From NCBI RefSeq assembly GCF_009914755.1, contig NC_060926.1: 64,000 nt of DNA; one strand, given 5' to 3'. The notes below the pieces were generated by a model. That model searched no databases and was not told the origin of the DNA. It worked only from the letters and a program-made list of their open reading frames with translations. Position numbers and translations under genes: made by a program. Source of the stretch: the human T2T-CHM13v2.0 reference genome, Homo sapiens. Positions 1 through 13,638 of this stretch are shown here, piece by piece (the first letter of the stretch is position 1; the number at the start of each line of letters is the position of its first letter).

Positions 1-1212
1 GATCACCACTCAAGTGGTAAGCCCTTCAAGAGCAAAGACCCAGTCATTTTTTCCTGTTCTTTTTTCCCCACAGAAGTCAGAATAGAGGTCTCTTGAGGTG
101 CTCAGTAATTATTTGTAGACTGAGTAATTCTGTCTATGTCAGGAACTTTGGGAGTTTGGTGTAGAGAACTGGAAGCACAGGTAGACACTTTGCTCACATC
201 AACCTAACTTATCCTCATTGCTTATCCACCATGCGTAGAGCAGGGTTTGTGGGAATCATCACTGTGTGTAGATGTTTATAGGTTCCCTCCCAAATTCAGG
301 TGCTATGCTGTACGGTGAGGTTACAAAGAGGCATTAGATGGACCCTGCACTCAGGATGTCCTAAAATGATTTGTTTAAGCAATATAAGATGATTTATGTT
401 AATGGATGTCCAAGCTGCCTTTACAATGTTGCCATCTTGTTAGGAAGTCACAACCAACTCAGATAAAACATTGAGCAAACAATGGAAGATTGATAGTAAT
501 TAAGTGAGAGTGAGTAAGGGTAAATAGATCTTGTGTGTTGGGAATAGTTAGGGAAGTGATTAGTGGAGATTAGAGGGAGGTTTATTGGAGGAGCATGAAG
601 ACCTAGGTCTGTCTTGAAGATTAGGTAGAATTTGGATAGGCAGATGAGTATGGGGCATTCCATTTGAGGTGAATTGCGTAAGTAAAATGAGAAGGCAGCA
701 ATAAACAGAGTGTGCAGGCCAGGACTGGTGAGCCAGTTCCTTCCAGGGCTGGATCTGGAGCTCTGTTAGCAGAAAGGAGATGAGGACCAGGCCTGGGCTG
801 GTGTTGGGAAGTTTAGGGGCAGGCCTTCCTGAGTCATGTTGTGATGGAATCTTTGGGTTGCCTTGGGGCCATGGGAGCAGTGCATGCCTCTTCTGGCACA
901 TGAGAAGCTGCTCAGGGCATCTCCATCATTAGCCCTCCAACCAGAAGCCTAGCTCTAGTGTGAGCATCAAGTGGGTGGTTGGAGGAGGCCATGATTTGTC
1001 TTCTATAATATTGACCTCAAAGCCTCCCCTGCTAGCCCTTAGTAAATCAGGCATGTGTGAATGTGCCCAAATCACTCTGATATATGTTTCTTTTTGGCCT
1101 GTACCACTTCTCAGGGTAATAAACGCCATGTCTGAGTCTCCTAGTGCATGGAGTGGGAGCTGGAAGAGGACAGCTTGCTGTATCCTAAAATAGCAGTGAC
1201 CCTCATCCCCAT

Positions 1213-1308
1213 GTTCTCTTTCTGATGGTAAAGACTTTGTCCCCCTCATTATTTGATAAGGTTCTCTTTCTGATGGTAAAGCCTTTGTCCCCCTCATTAT
1301 TTGATAAG
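1213..1308. repeat. Tandem duplication, 2 x 48 bp
   Basis: gttctctttctgatggtaaag(a/c)ctttgtccccctcattatttgataag at 1213-1260 and 1261-1308, one mismatch. Confidence 0.95.
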
Positions 1309-1848
1309 GCTCTCATTCTGTCCCTTTCTCATTCTGGATTCTAGGTTTTTGAGTCTAACCATTATGGAAAGAGAACAGTCCCTTCAATATCCCACTATCT
1401 GTAGGGCATGACACAGCCAAATCCAAGTCAGACCATCCCTTTGATCAATTTCTACCAATAACTGTTCATTGCACACCCTGTACAAAGCACTGCGACCAAG
1501 CTGTTCCTTGACCTTCTCCTTTCCTAGTGTTTGGTCACAACACTCCCTAAAGCCCTAACTCAAGTTCTTGGGATGATACCACCAGAAGAGGGAAAAAAGG
1601 AGCCGTCTTCCTGAAGTCACCTGGGTAGAGCAGCTGGGGATTTTTCCCTCCTCGAGCAGGTGTAACCTTTCCCCTGGAGGAATTTAGAAACACTTAAAGT
1701 CATACCTGAACACTGTGGGCCAGGCCTTGGCCAGAGATCCCAAGTCACTGGAGAAGATTCCATTCCAGGGACCAGTAGAGGCCAGCGGGTCTCATCCAAG
1801 TCACTTTAGCTCATTCTGTCCACCGGTACTTTGAGGGAGGCTATATAA

Positions 1849-2227
<379 letters not shown>

Positions 2228-4329
2228 TAGTAATCAATAAATGCTTGTAAAACTGGGAAACTGCTGCCTGGCCCAGGCAGGATTGGTTGGTTCAATGACT
2301 CGCTCCACAGTCATTCTCTGCTCATTGCCTACTCTGTGCAGGCTGCTGAGCCTCAGGCCCGAGAGCAGGGAAGGGCCCTCTACAGTTAGGTGGAAAGGAG
2401 CCTGGACTGTCAGAACCAGGAAAAGACTGCAGGTGCCAGAGAGCTTTGGAGCACAGCGCAGCCCAAACTAAGGGACTAGTTTCAAGAATCTCCTAAGAAC
2501 TCCCCTAGGCTAGAAAGTGTTGTTTACCCAAATCTTGCCATGGCTAGAAATTTGAGTCTAGCATCTACCTTCTCACAGCTCCAGGTGGACCTCCAGAAGG
2601 AAAAGGAAGATGTCCTACCAAGCTAACCTGTGACTAGATATCTGTTAGGGTGTGAAACCTGTGAACATATCCACATCTTTTCCTTTGTGTTCATTTCCTT
2701 TTCTCTTCCTTTTTAAAGTAAAACATCCTTTTGAAAAGTTCCAACTTTGCCTTTGCTGAACTCCTAGCAAGTACTTTTCCCCACCTTGGCTAGTGAGATG
2801 TTGAGACATGGGCACACCTGAGGGTGGTGTGGTCACTGTGGCCGCCAGCCAGCCCAAGGCCTTGGGAAAGCCTGGTGAGCAGAAAACCCAGGCAGAAAGG
2901 AGTCTGGGTGACTGTGAGCATTGATCCCTTTGTTCCTGAGTCATCTCTTTTGAGCACATTTGAAACCATTTTCCATACCCAAATCAACATAATCTTGGTG
3001 ATTCCAGGCCACCTGTATCTCCTTGTATGGCTCCAAATATTACCAGGGCAATGACGACAACTTAATTCTTCTTGAGTTAGATCTTCAGGGCCAAGGCACA
3101 GTACATGTTTATTTTGGAGAGAGACAAACTTTCACCCACTTGAATTTCTTTGCCTCCAAAATTAGCGTTGGGATGACCACAGGGTTCTGTGTTTCTTGGC
3201 TTTTATCTTGCCAAACGGATTGTAAATGCTCCCGAGTCACCTTCTCTTTTTTTGTGTCCCTGGCAAAGCCTACCTCCACATGGGGTTCAGAGGAGCTCTC
3301 AAGTCTCTAGGAGTTTGAAAGACTTTTCTAGATCTTTCTCTGATGTGTGTGACCTAGGACAGGTAATTTAACCTTTCTTTCTTTAACCCCTTTCCTAAGT
3401 GGGGTTAGACATATTTGCTGCTTTCTCAGAGTACTATTATGAGTTTGAAATGAGCTAGAGTTTCATAAAACCATGCATTTTTAAAGTCTATTATATTTTA
3501 AAAATCACTTTTGCAACTATTATCTCAATAGAACTTTGAAAAGTTTAAAGGGCAGACCTTCAAGGCATCATTATTAACAAGCACAGCAATATAATCATTA
3601 GGCACATTATTGCCTGTTGATGTGATTTGGCTGCAGTTGGAAGGCAGCCTTAGGAAAAGCTAGGGGACTCTTGCTCTCAGGCCTTTAAATTTCTTACCTG
3701 GCTGGGATTTTCAGAATTATTAGTTTTTACTAATAATGATTTTTGGGTATCAGTTCTATTTTTGCCCATACCCTGAGATGTGAGGAAATCTGATTATACC
3801 CAAGAGACCAAGGACACTTCCAGGATTCTAGATAAAGGGTCTGACCAGTTATGCTCCTTTCTACATCTGGCCTGTTTTTCCCTCCCCTGTGGAGATGGAG
3901 GTGGTTTGTGCAAGATGTGATTCTGTCGAGAATGGGAATATCCCTTCAACTCAGCACACCCAAATCTCTAAACCTAAAGAGCTACATCTGTACCATGTCT
4001 GCTCAGGTCCTACTTGTTGCTTTGCATCTTATGAGCAAGACCTAATTGTGGGCTCCCAAAGAAAGCAGATGACTTGCCCAAGGTCTTTAAGAGGTCAGAC
4101 AGCTACTAGCAGAGAAACAGAGCGAATGTTGACACCTAAAAGATACCTTGTCCTTCCGGTGTTACTAGAAGTGGGAAAAAGGCTTTGAGTGCAAACGCCT
4201 GGCTGTGCTACATACTGACCATGAGATGTGACAGGCCACTCAGCTCTGGCCTCTGATCCTTCATCTGTAACATCTTTGATGCCCCTAATGCCTAAGCTTG
4301 CTCATCCCTCAGCCCCACCCATGAGGCTG

Positions 4330-4935
<606 letters not shown>

Positions 4936-6924
4936 ATAATCTGAGGTTGTCAGGTCTTTGTCTTCAACGTTATTATTTCTTATATTTGTTCAGTGCTTAA
5001 TTTTTTTTCAAAGCTCTTGATGTAGATTGAAGCTTTTGTCATTTTTGTCATATAGATGAAACAACTGAGGCACAAAAATGTGATCACAAAACCAGAGAGT
5101 GGCAGTGCCTACCTGAACAGCTCCCAGACCCAGACTCTTTCCACAGACCCATGCTGTCTCTCTTGGCACCTTATTTTTCTGTCGTGGTGATGTTATTGTT
5201 TGTCTTATTTGGCAATGTTTACACCGGAGGAGTAGAGGCCATTGTGTGTTGGTGGCGTCTGGAAATACACAAGAGAGTCCCAGGAGAATGCCACTGTCGG
5301 TTCTTACCACAATTAGCAATTGTCAGGTCAGGGGCAGTGATTGGGTCGGTGTCACTCTCTACATGGCTGGCTCTGCGTGTTGAAACACCACTGCCTGTAC
5401 CTCCACAGATGCCAAAGGGAGTGTGGGTCCTAGGACTACAGCCCCATTTCTACCCAGCCCTGGCTATCTCTCCACTCAGATCTAGGTCCTTTCTGTTCAG
5501 GAAAACGTCCTGTTTGTGTAGCCTGCTAGACAGCAAAGGCAAGTGCCAATCAGCTGGATGATCTCTCTGGGCCTCAGTTTCCCCATCTTCACAATGGACT
5601 AGTAAGTGGGAACCAGTCAAAATTGGCTCAGAGATCCCCAATAGGGTTCTAGCTCCATTGTGAAATAAATTTCAAGTGGAGCCTCGTCCTGACTCCTGTT
5701 TTCACATGCTCCCTTAGAGGGAAGGAAGGTGGACGATTAAAGATGATTGGTCGGGAGCTGGAGGAAGGAACTCCCCATTCTCCAAGAGGAGGTTCTGTTG
5801 GAATAGAGGGGCAGAGACTTGGAAGTCGCTGTTGGGCATGGCCCAACCCACTTCCATGACAGCAGCAAGACCACCACCCTCAAGAAGGAGGTGGGCTGGG
5901 GTACGAGAAGGTGGGCTGCCCAGTGGTTTCTACAAAAAGGGATAGTTGTGCTTGCAGGAGGGGTAGTGTCTCCATCTCCTGATGCCAGGGAGAAGGAGGC
6001 AGGCTGCTGGGGTGACGGAGAGCACCCTCAACTAGGTCACACTGCACTCCCTCTGTGCCTCAGTTTCCACTTCTGTTAGATGGCTGATATGATCTCTGCC
6101 CTGCCAGTTGGATTGGGGCTTCCAAAATATCAACTACTGCAAAAGAAGAGGTTGTGGCCACTGTGACTCATATACATGTACATGAACGTATCTGAAGTTT
6201 TCAGGGCTGATACTGATGTGAGGCAACCCATGCAGGCAACCCGGAGGAACTGTGTCCCTCACTCTGAGACAGTGAGAACGGACTGAGCCGGAAAGCTGAT
6301 GGCCGTGAGAGGAGCAGGTTTGAAAATCACTGAATGAAGTCATGTTGTACAGAGGGGGCGGGGGTGCATACTGTGGGACGGAGGTGAGTCACAGTGCATA
6401 AGTGTTGGGGAGTCACCTTGAACTTGGGCCAGAAGAGTAGAAATATTGAGACTTGGGTTTATCTGCCTCACATCAGGTACATCAAGTTCTGGATGGCTGC
6501 CCACTGGCCAGAGACATGAGGTGGACGGCTCCCTTTTGCTGCCCTGGGAAGGCCTTCTGCTGGCTTCGGCCCCACTGAGCAAAGTCTGCTTGTTCACTGG
6601 AGTTCACACAGACTCCTTGCCAGGCCTGCCCAGAATCCTGTCTCCTCTGACTTCCTGTGCTCTTGCATAATATTTCCTTGCTCCCTGAATGGCTGGCCCC
6701 AGTGCAGGAGCAGCTCACTCACACTGCTGGACCGAGGGCAGGATGTAGAGGGAGGGCAGGGATCTGCAAACGTCACCCAGGGGTGCTCTGGGCTCTGAGG
6801 GTGGAGGGCAAGAGGGGCAGAGCCCCCTCAAATTCTTTGGAAGATTATAGCACAAGGGGAGTTGGGAAGGCCCTGGGACCATGTGCACACACATCTATCT
6901 CCATGAATTGTCTCTCCTGTAAAA

Positions 6925-7122
6925 TTATTTTTAAAGTTGCTAAGTTGTTTTCTTCTGATTATAAAAAATATACATGTTCCCCATAAAAAGTCATAGTAAA
7001 AGAAGGCATGGAGATAAAAATAAAAATCACCAAAATTCCATCACCCAGAGATAACCACTGTTAACTCTTTGGTGAACATACTTTTCTCTATATCATGAAT
7101 ATTGATATATAATTACAGAATA
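6925..7122 (-). mobile_element. Old L1M (L1ME-like) 3' fragment, resuming at ~9848-10000
   Basis: aaaatcacc...cacccagagataaccactgttaac is a typical old-L1 3' UTR motif. L1-like sequence resumes after 9847. Confidence 0.6.
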
Positions 7123-7279
7123 CGGGCATACTTCTAAGATATTGTAGGTTCGTTCCAGGCCACTACAGTAAAGTGAATATCACAATAAAACGAGTCACAT
7201 GATTTTTTTTTGTTTCCTCGTGCATATGAAAGTTATGTTTATATTTTAGCATTATGTCTAAAAAACAATGTACATACCC

Positions 7280-7580
7280 TTTTTTTTTTTCTTTTTGAGA
7301 CACAGTTTCACTCCGTTGCACAGACTGGAGTGCAATGGGGCAATCTTAGCTCACTGCAACTTCCGCCTCCTGGGTTCAAGCAATTCTGGTGCCTCAGCAC
7401 CCCCGAGTAGCTGGGATTTACAGACATGTGCTGCCACACCCAGCTAATTTTTGTGTTTTTAGTAGAGATGGGGTTTTGCCATGTTGGCCAGGCTGGTCTC
7501 GAACTACTGGCCTCAAATGATCTGCCTGCCTCAGCCTCCCAAAGTGTTGGGATTACAGGCATGAGCCACCGCACCTGGCC
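7280..7580 (-). mobile_element. AluS inserted into Tigger1
   Basis: Alu dimer. TSD aacaatgtacatacc (7264-7278) / aacaatgtctatacc (7581-7595). Confidence 0.92.
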
Positions 7581-9202
7581 AACAATGTCTATACCTTAAT
7601 TTAAAAATATTTTATTGCTAAAAGAAATGCTAACAATCATCTGAGCCTTCAGTGAGTCATAATCTTCTTACTGGGAGAGGTTCTTGCCTCCATATCGGTG
7701 GCTGCAGAACTGATTAGTGTGACGGTTGCTGAAGGTTGGGGTGGCTGTGGCAATTCCTTGAAATCAGACAAGAATGAAGTTTTTTACATCAATAGAGTCT
7801 TCTTTTCAGGAAAGACTCTGCAGCATGTGATACTGTCTGATAGCATTTTACCCACAGTAAAACTTCCTTCATAATTGGTGTCAATCCTCTCAAACCCTGC
7901 CACTGCTTTATCAACTTAGTTGATGTAATATTCTAAATCCTTTGTTGTCATTTCCACAGTGTTCACACCATCTTTACCAGGAGCAAATTCCATCTTGAGA
8001 AGCCACTTTTCTTTTCTCATCTGTAAGAAGCTCTGACTCATCTGTTCAAGTTTTATCATGAGGTTGCAACAGTTCAGTCACATCTTCAGGCTCCACTTCT
8101 AGTTTTCTTGCTATTTCTTCCACATCTGCAGTTACTTCCTCCACTAAAGTCTTGAACCCCTCAAAGTCATCCGTGAGGTTTGGAATTAACTTCTTCCAGA
8201 CTCCTGTTACTGCTGATATTTTGACATCCTCCCACAAATTACAAATGCTGTTAATGGTATCTAGAATGGTGAACTCTTTTCAGGTGGTTTTCAATTTACT
8301 TTGCCCAGATTCATCTAGGAATCACTATCTATGGCAGCTATAGCCTTACAAAATTTCTTGAATAAGACTTGGAAGTCAGAATTACTCCTTGATCCATGGG
8401 CTTCAGAATGGATCTTGTGTTAGCAGGCATGAAAACAACATTAATTTTGTGCGTCTCCATCAGGGCTCTTGAGTAACTAGGTGCATTGACAACGAGCACA
8501 TAAACATATGTGCTGTCATCCAGGTTTTGTTGTTCCACTGATAGAGCACCAATAAAGTAGATTTGGCATAATTTTTAAGAACCCTAGGACTTACAGAATG
8601 GTAAATGATAAGTGGCTTCAGCTTAAACTCACCAGCTGCATTAGTCCCTAGTAAGAGAGTCAGCCTGTCCTTTGAAACTAGGGATTGACTTCTCCCCTCT
8701 TGCAGTGAAAGTCCTAGATGGCATGTTCATCCAGCATAAGGCTCTTTCATCTACACTGAAAATCTGTTTAGTGTAGCCACCTTCATCAATGATCTTAGCT
8801 AGATCTTCTAAATAACTGGCTGCCGCTTATGTATCAGCACTTGCTCTTTCACCTTGCATTTTTATGTTATGGAGATGTCTTCTTTCCTTAAATGTGACGA
8901 ACCAACCTCTGCTAGCTTCATACTTTTCTTAATGCAGCTTCCTTACCTTGCTCTGCCTTCCTAGAATTGAAGAGAGTTAGGGCCTTGCTCTGGATTAGAC
9001 TTTGGCTTAAGGGAATATTATGCCTGGTTTGATCTTCTCACTAAGCTTAATCATTCCTTAACTTTTGATTTAAAGTGAGAGATGTGACTCTTCCTTTCAT
9101 TCGAACACATAGAGCCCACTGTAGAGTTATTAAAATTGGTCTAATTTCAATATTGTTGTGTCTCAGGGAATAGGAAGGATTGGGGAGGGGGAGAGAGAGA
9201 TA

Positions 9203-9243
9203 CACACACACACACACACACACAAACACACACACGCACACAG
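9203..9243. repeat. (CA)n microsatellite, imperfect, inside Tigger1
   Basis: Visible CA run preceded by (GA)n. Confidence 0.9.
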
Positions 9244-9559
9244 AGGAACAATCACTGGACCAGTCAGAACACACACAACATTTATTAAGATCACTGTCTT
9301 ATATGGGTGCAGTTTATGCCTAAAAACAATTACGGTGGTAACATCAAAGATCACTGATCGCAGATCATTATAATAATAGCTATAATAATGAAAGTTTGAA
9401 ATATTGCAAGAATGACCAAAATGTGACACAGATATGAAGTGAGCACATACTATTGGAAAAATGGCATGGATAAACTTGCCTGACAAACCTTCAATTTGTA
9501 AAAAGTGCAATATCTGCAAAGTGCAATAAAGTAAGGCATAATAAAACAAGGCATGCCTG

Positions 9560-9754
9560 TGTTTCTTAACCATTTAACACGTGTAAAACTGTGCTACCAT
9601 TTTTATTAAGTTCCCATATTGTTTTTGTGTTGCTGAGAAAGTTTTTGAGTGTTGTACCCTAACCTCTTCTTTCCCGTAAGCTCTGTGGTTTTTAGTTTTG
9701 CATAGTGTGGTGATTTTTAGGAGCTCATATGCCATGTTGTAGCAGAACTACTTG
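9560..9754. mobile_element. MER82-like (TcMar-Tigger) one-ended fragment
   Basis: Reverse complement reads caagtagttctgctacaac...cctaaaaatcacc...ggtagcacagttttacac...ttaaatggttaagaaa, matching a recalled MER82 end. TA follows at 9755-9756. Confidence 0.7.
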
Positions 9755-10047
9755 TAAATTCACATGACGTGTCTTCCCTAAATTCAACATTAATTATTAG
9801 TTATTAATAGTATTAATTGTGAAGCACAATAAAATGAGGTATGCCTGCATTATCATGTTACATGCTATTGTGAAATGCATTTTCTATATAGCAATATATC
9901 AGAACTATCTCTTGCTACTAAGTTACAAAGATTTAATACATAGTTGTATTAAGTTCCACTTATAGAGGTATCATAGTGAAACCCTTATTCATTGACATGT
10001 CCAGGCTCAGAAAACAAGCTATAACCAGCCCAAGCTTATTTTCAGAC

Positions 10048-10132
10048 CTGAAAAGCAGCATCTTTTCTATATTTCTGACCAATGTGTTATCTGAAAAGCG
10101 GCATCTTTTCTATATTTCTGACCAGTGTGTTA
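10048..10132. repeat. Tandem duplication, 2 x 43 bp
   Basis: ctgaaaagc(a/g)gcatcttttctatatttctgacca(a/g)tgtgtta at 10048 and 10091. Confidence 0.93.
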
Positions 10133-11458
10133 GCTATGGTGCCCCAGAAATAGCTGCAAAATAAAAGGTTAAGTGCCATGTAGGCCTTTCTCTAGGCTTA
10201 GAGTAATTCACTTGATTACATAGGAAGAGGCTGCAATGATGACAGCTTCCAGGGCTGGGCCAGACCTTACCCTGGGTAAAATGATCCTCCAGTGTGGCCC
10301 ATATGTATGCTTTGAGCCAGGAGCTGCTAGCTGGGAGAACAAGTTTTTCTTCAGTGGTATTCCTGTGACCAAGATTTCAAATAAGCTCCATTTTTAATTT
10401 TAATTGGTTATTGTCCTCCTGAAATTTTATGACACAATCTATATCTTTAAAAAGGCACTCTTTCTTCTTTATACAGTTGTTTTCATGATGTTAAAAACTT
10501 TAAAGAAAGTATCATTCAGATTTGCTGACAGTTGGAAGATTATTTTAAAAATCCAACTAGTTTAGCTGAAAAAGGTGCTATCAGTGTTTCTGTCTCATCC
10601 TTGGAAATTGTATATTTTTAAGGCTTGTGATTAGCTTTTTCTCCTCCATTGCTGATCGTGGTTGGAAGTGTGGCATAGATTTACAGTAAACTTTGATATA
10701 ATGGTGATTCCTCTTTGTTTTGGAGCCAGGTGCCTGCGGTATTTGCTTATTTTCTTTGATTCATTTTTAAATTGAGTTGAATGTTTGATTTAATCAGAAG
10801 TGATAGTATGAGGCTGGGGATGATTGCTTGTGGTTGGGAATTGCTTGTAAAGTTTACTGTTTAGTCAAGACAAATCGTTTCCTAAAGCTCTCTTTTTCAG
10901 ATTTCTTGTCTATGTGGGAAAGCATGATAATGCCAGTCAGTTTAAACATATTTAAGAGTTCCCAGGCATCTTCGAACAGAAAAATTTGCAACAAAATTTG
11001 GCAACGGCAGAATGCGAGGATTTTTGCCTCATTTTGTTTATAGTTGTCTGCTCTTCAGGCAAATGATCTATTACAACAATCTGAATAATTACAGTCTCTC
11101 CTTCAATTTATTCACCCTGGACTCCTTTTTCTAGAATTACTGGCCAGACTCTTATTACACCAAATTCCTTGACTCTATTCCCGAGGAATGAGGATGGGAC
11201 TAGGAGTAAAAGTTAAAGAGAGAAACTAATTGTTGCCTGCTTTTCAAAGTTTTCGGTGTGTGGAAATTTGTTGATTTTGTAATTGCTCCCTTAGTTGGTC
11301 ATTACCCGATTCTGGTAGGGTACTTGCCATGTGTACACATTTAGGGAGTGCAAAGGGACAGTAAGACTTAATTGGTCCTGAGAATTGTTGAACAGGACTT
11401 TGTTGAAATGGCTACTTCTGTACAATGCACATGGAGCAGCTGTTGGCATAGCAACTCC

Positions 11459-11477
11459 TACGTGGAAAAGTGCACGC
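11459..11477 (+). promoter_or_regulatory. Candidate hypoxia response element TACGTG-N8-CACGC
   Basis: tacgtg gaaaagtg cacgc: an HIF core plus an inverted second core at 8-nt spacing. Motif match only. Confidence 0.45.
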
Positions 11478-11887
11478 CGCTTGCAGATGACTTTTGCAGT
11501 GCTCAGTGTTAATTTGATAAATGGCTTTTCTAATAGCAGTTTGTGGGCTAATGGAAAGATCGAAGCAAACCTTCATTAACGGAAAGGAGAATAGGGATTT
11601 TGAAGCCACTGGGTGAACACACTGGACAGCCAGAGCTAAATCTCCATTTTCAGCTGTGTCTCTTTTTCACAGCAGATATGCTTGGAGTGTGGCAGATGAA
11701 AGTAAATTAAGAAAACTGTCTGCCCGTGCCATTATCATCTTAGATTTTAAGCAGGGAGAGGTTTTGGAGTCCTTTCTATTCAAGATACTTAACTTTGTGT
11801 GAGAGTTTAGTTTAAGAGTACTGTAGAAGCTTTGCATTGTGTTGTCGTTTTCCTTTGCTGGTAGTGGTGGGGTTAAGGTGGTTAAAT

Positions 11888-12675
11888 CGTTTTTTATTGT
11901 GGTAAAATATACATAACAAAAAATGTTTACCATTTTAACTATTTTTAAGCCTGCAATTCAATGGCATTAAGTACGTTCATATTGTTGGGCTACAAGCACC
12001 ACTGCTCAAGAACTTTTTCATCATCTCAAATGGAAACTCTGTACTCATTAAATAATAACTCTTTATTCCCCACATGCTCCAATCCCCGATAATCACTATT
12101 CTACTTTCTCTATGAATATGACTATTCCAAGTAGATTGTATATATAGACATATAAAGTATTTGTCCTTTTATGTCTGGCTTATTTCACTTAGCATAATGT
12201 TTTCAAGGTTCATCCAAGTTACAACATGTATTCAAAGTTTTATTTCTTTTTAAGGCCGAATAATATCCTATTGTGTGTAGACACTATATTTTGTTTATCT
12301 GGTCTTCTGTCAAGGGACATTTGAGTTGTTTCCACCTTTGGGTGTTGTGAATCATGGTGAACATGGTGTACAATTTGAGTCCCTGCTTTCAGTTTTTTTG
12401 GATATAGACCTAGAAGTGGAATTTCTGGATCATATGGTAATTCTGTGTTTATTTTTTTCAAAAACTGCTGTACTGTCTTCCATAGCAGCCATACCATTGT
12501 ACATTTTCACGAGCAATGCATAAGAGTTCCAGTTTCTTCATTTCCCTGCTAACACTTGTTATTTTCTGTTTTTTGTTTTGTTTTGTTTTTGTTTTTAGAT
12601 ATCAGCCATCCTAGTGGGTGTGAAGTGGTATCTCATTGTGGCTTTGATTTACATTTTCCTAATGATCAGTGATTT
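11888..12675 (-). mobile_element. L1MB-family 3' fragment
   Basis: ttttattgtggtaaaatatacataac...tggcttatttcacttagcataatg...agccatcctagtgggtgtgaagtggtatctcattgtgg. ORF2-like remnant ELPYDPEIPLLGLYPK on the minus strand. Confidence 0.88.
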
Positions 12676-13447
12676 GTCTTTATAAACATATTGCCTGTTC
12701 CTTGCCCCCCACCCCACCCCCGCACCCCCACAACAGCCTGTGTGGGAATGGAAATCACTGCCCCATTGTTTACACCTGTGAGGCAAACAAAGACTATCAA
12801 CATAATGATATTTGGGAGTGAAAGGTGTCAGGGAGAGAAGGATGAAGGCACCATAAGGTTATTATATATAATAACTGGCATATAGGATATAGTACAGGCA
12901 CCTCAGTAGACCTATTTTCAGTTCGTGCTGTGGAGCATGTGAAACTATTTTAAATAGAGGCCTTTGGGACTTAAGTAACTTCAACTCTCTGAATGAGGTT
13001 TAAGGCAAGCTTGCTGTGGGCTGGATCTATCCTGTATAATCCCTACTGATTTGGGTGATGTATAGGTACCCTTCCCTGAAATTCTTCCCTGAGAATAATT
13101 ATTGTTGTCATCTACTACGGAATCCTGGGCCCACTTTCTTCCTTCTTCTTGGGGGAGGAAATCTCCCAGACATCTTGCCAAGCATTTGCTTAAGTCTTTG
13201 AACCGCTGCACTAGCTAATTTCTCCACCTGAAACAATATACAAACCCCTCCTCTTCTCCACCCGCTAGGTTCTTATGCTGGCAGCTCATATTTTTACAAG
13301 AAAAAGAAGTTAGAATGTATTGAGCACCTGCTATAAGCCTGGCACTTTGCTAGTCACTGTGTGGCAGATGACTACATCAGTCATGACTGATAAAACATAA
13401 CTTCTATCCTTGTAAGTGCCGCAGGACTTATTTGTGACTCTTAACAA

Positions 13448-13638
13448 CAGGGGTTCCAAACCTTAGTGTGCATCAGAACTGCCTGGGGCTTATTAAAACT
13501 CAGATTACTGGACCTCATCCCTAGAATTTCTTACTCGGCCCGCAGGTCTGAGGTGGAGCCTGAGAGTGTGCATTTCTAACAAGTTCCTAGATGATGATGA
13601 TGTTGCTCATCCCTGGACCACACTATGAGAACCACTGC
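13448..13638. mobile_element. MER5A (hAT-Charlie) nested in a MIR (~13310-13800)
   Basis: gtgcatcagaa...tgcatttctaacaagttc...ggaccacactatgagaaccactg. MIR core attattcccattt(t)atagatgagg follows. Confidence 0.8.

Larger units (their letters stand above)
7123..9559 (-). mobile_element. Tigger1 DNA transposon (TcMar-Tigger), near full length, degenerate transposase
   Basis: TA followed by cgggcatac...gatattg at the left end; ...aataaaacaaggcatgcctg at the right end. Minus-strand pogo/DDE transposase remnants: [22 protein letters not shown] (8338-8538) and WEDVKISAVTGVWKKL (8046-8237). Confidence 0.92.

Noticed and set aside
1213-1308. Short direct repeats (48, 43 and 23 bp) as a CRISPR-like array
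   Set aside because: Only two adjacent copies each, no spacers, no cas genes, and a eukaryotic intron context.
8046-8538. Transposase-like ORFs as a domesticated or active gene
   Set aside because: They are short, frameshifted, stop-interrupted remnants of Tigger1.
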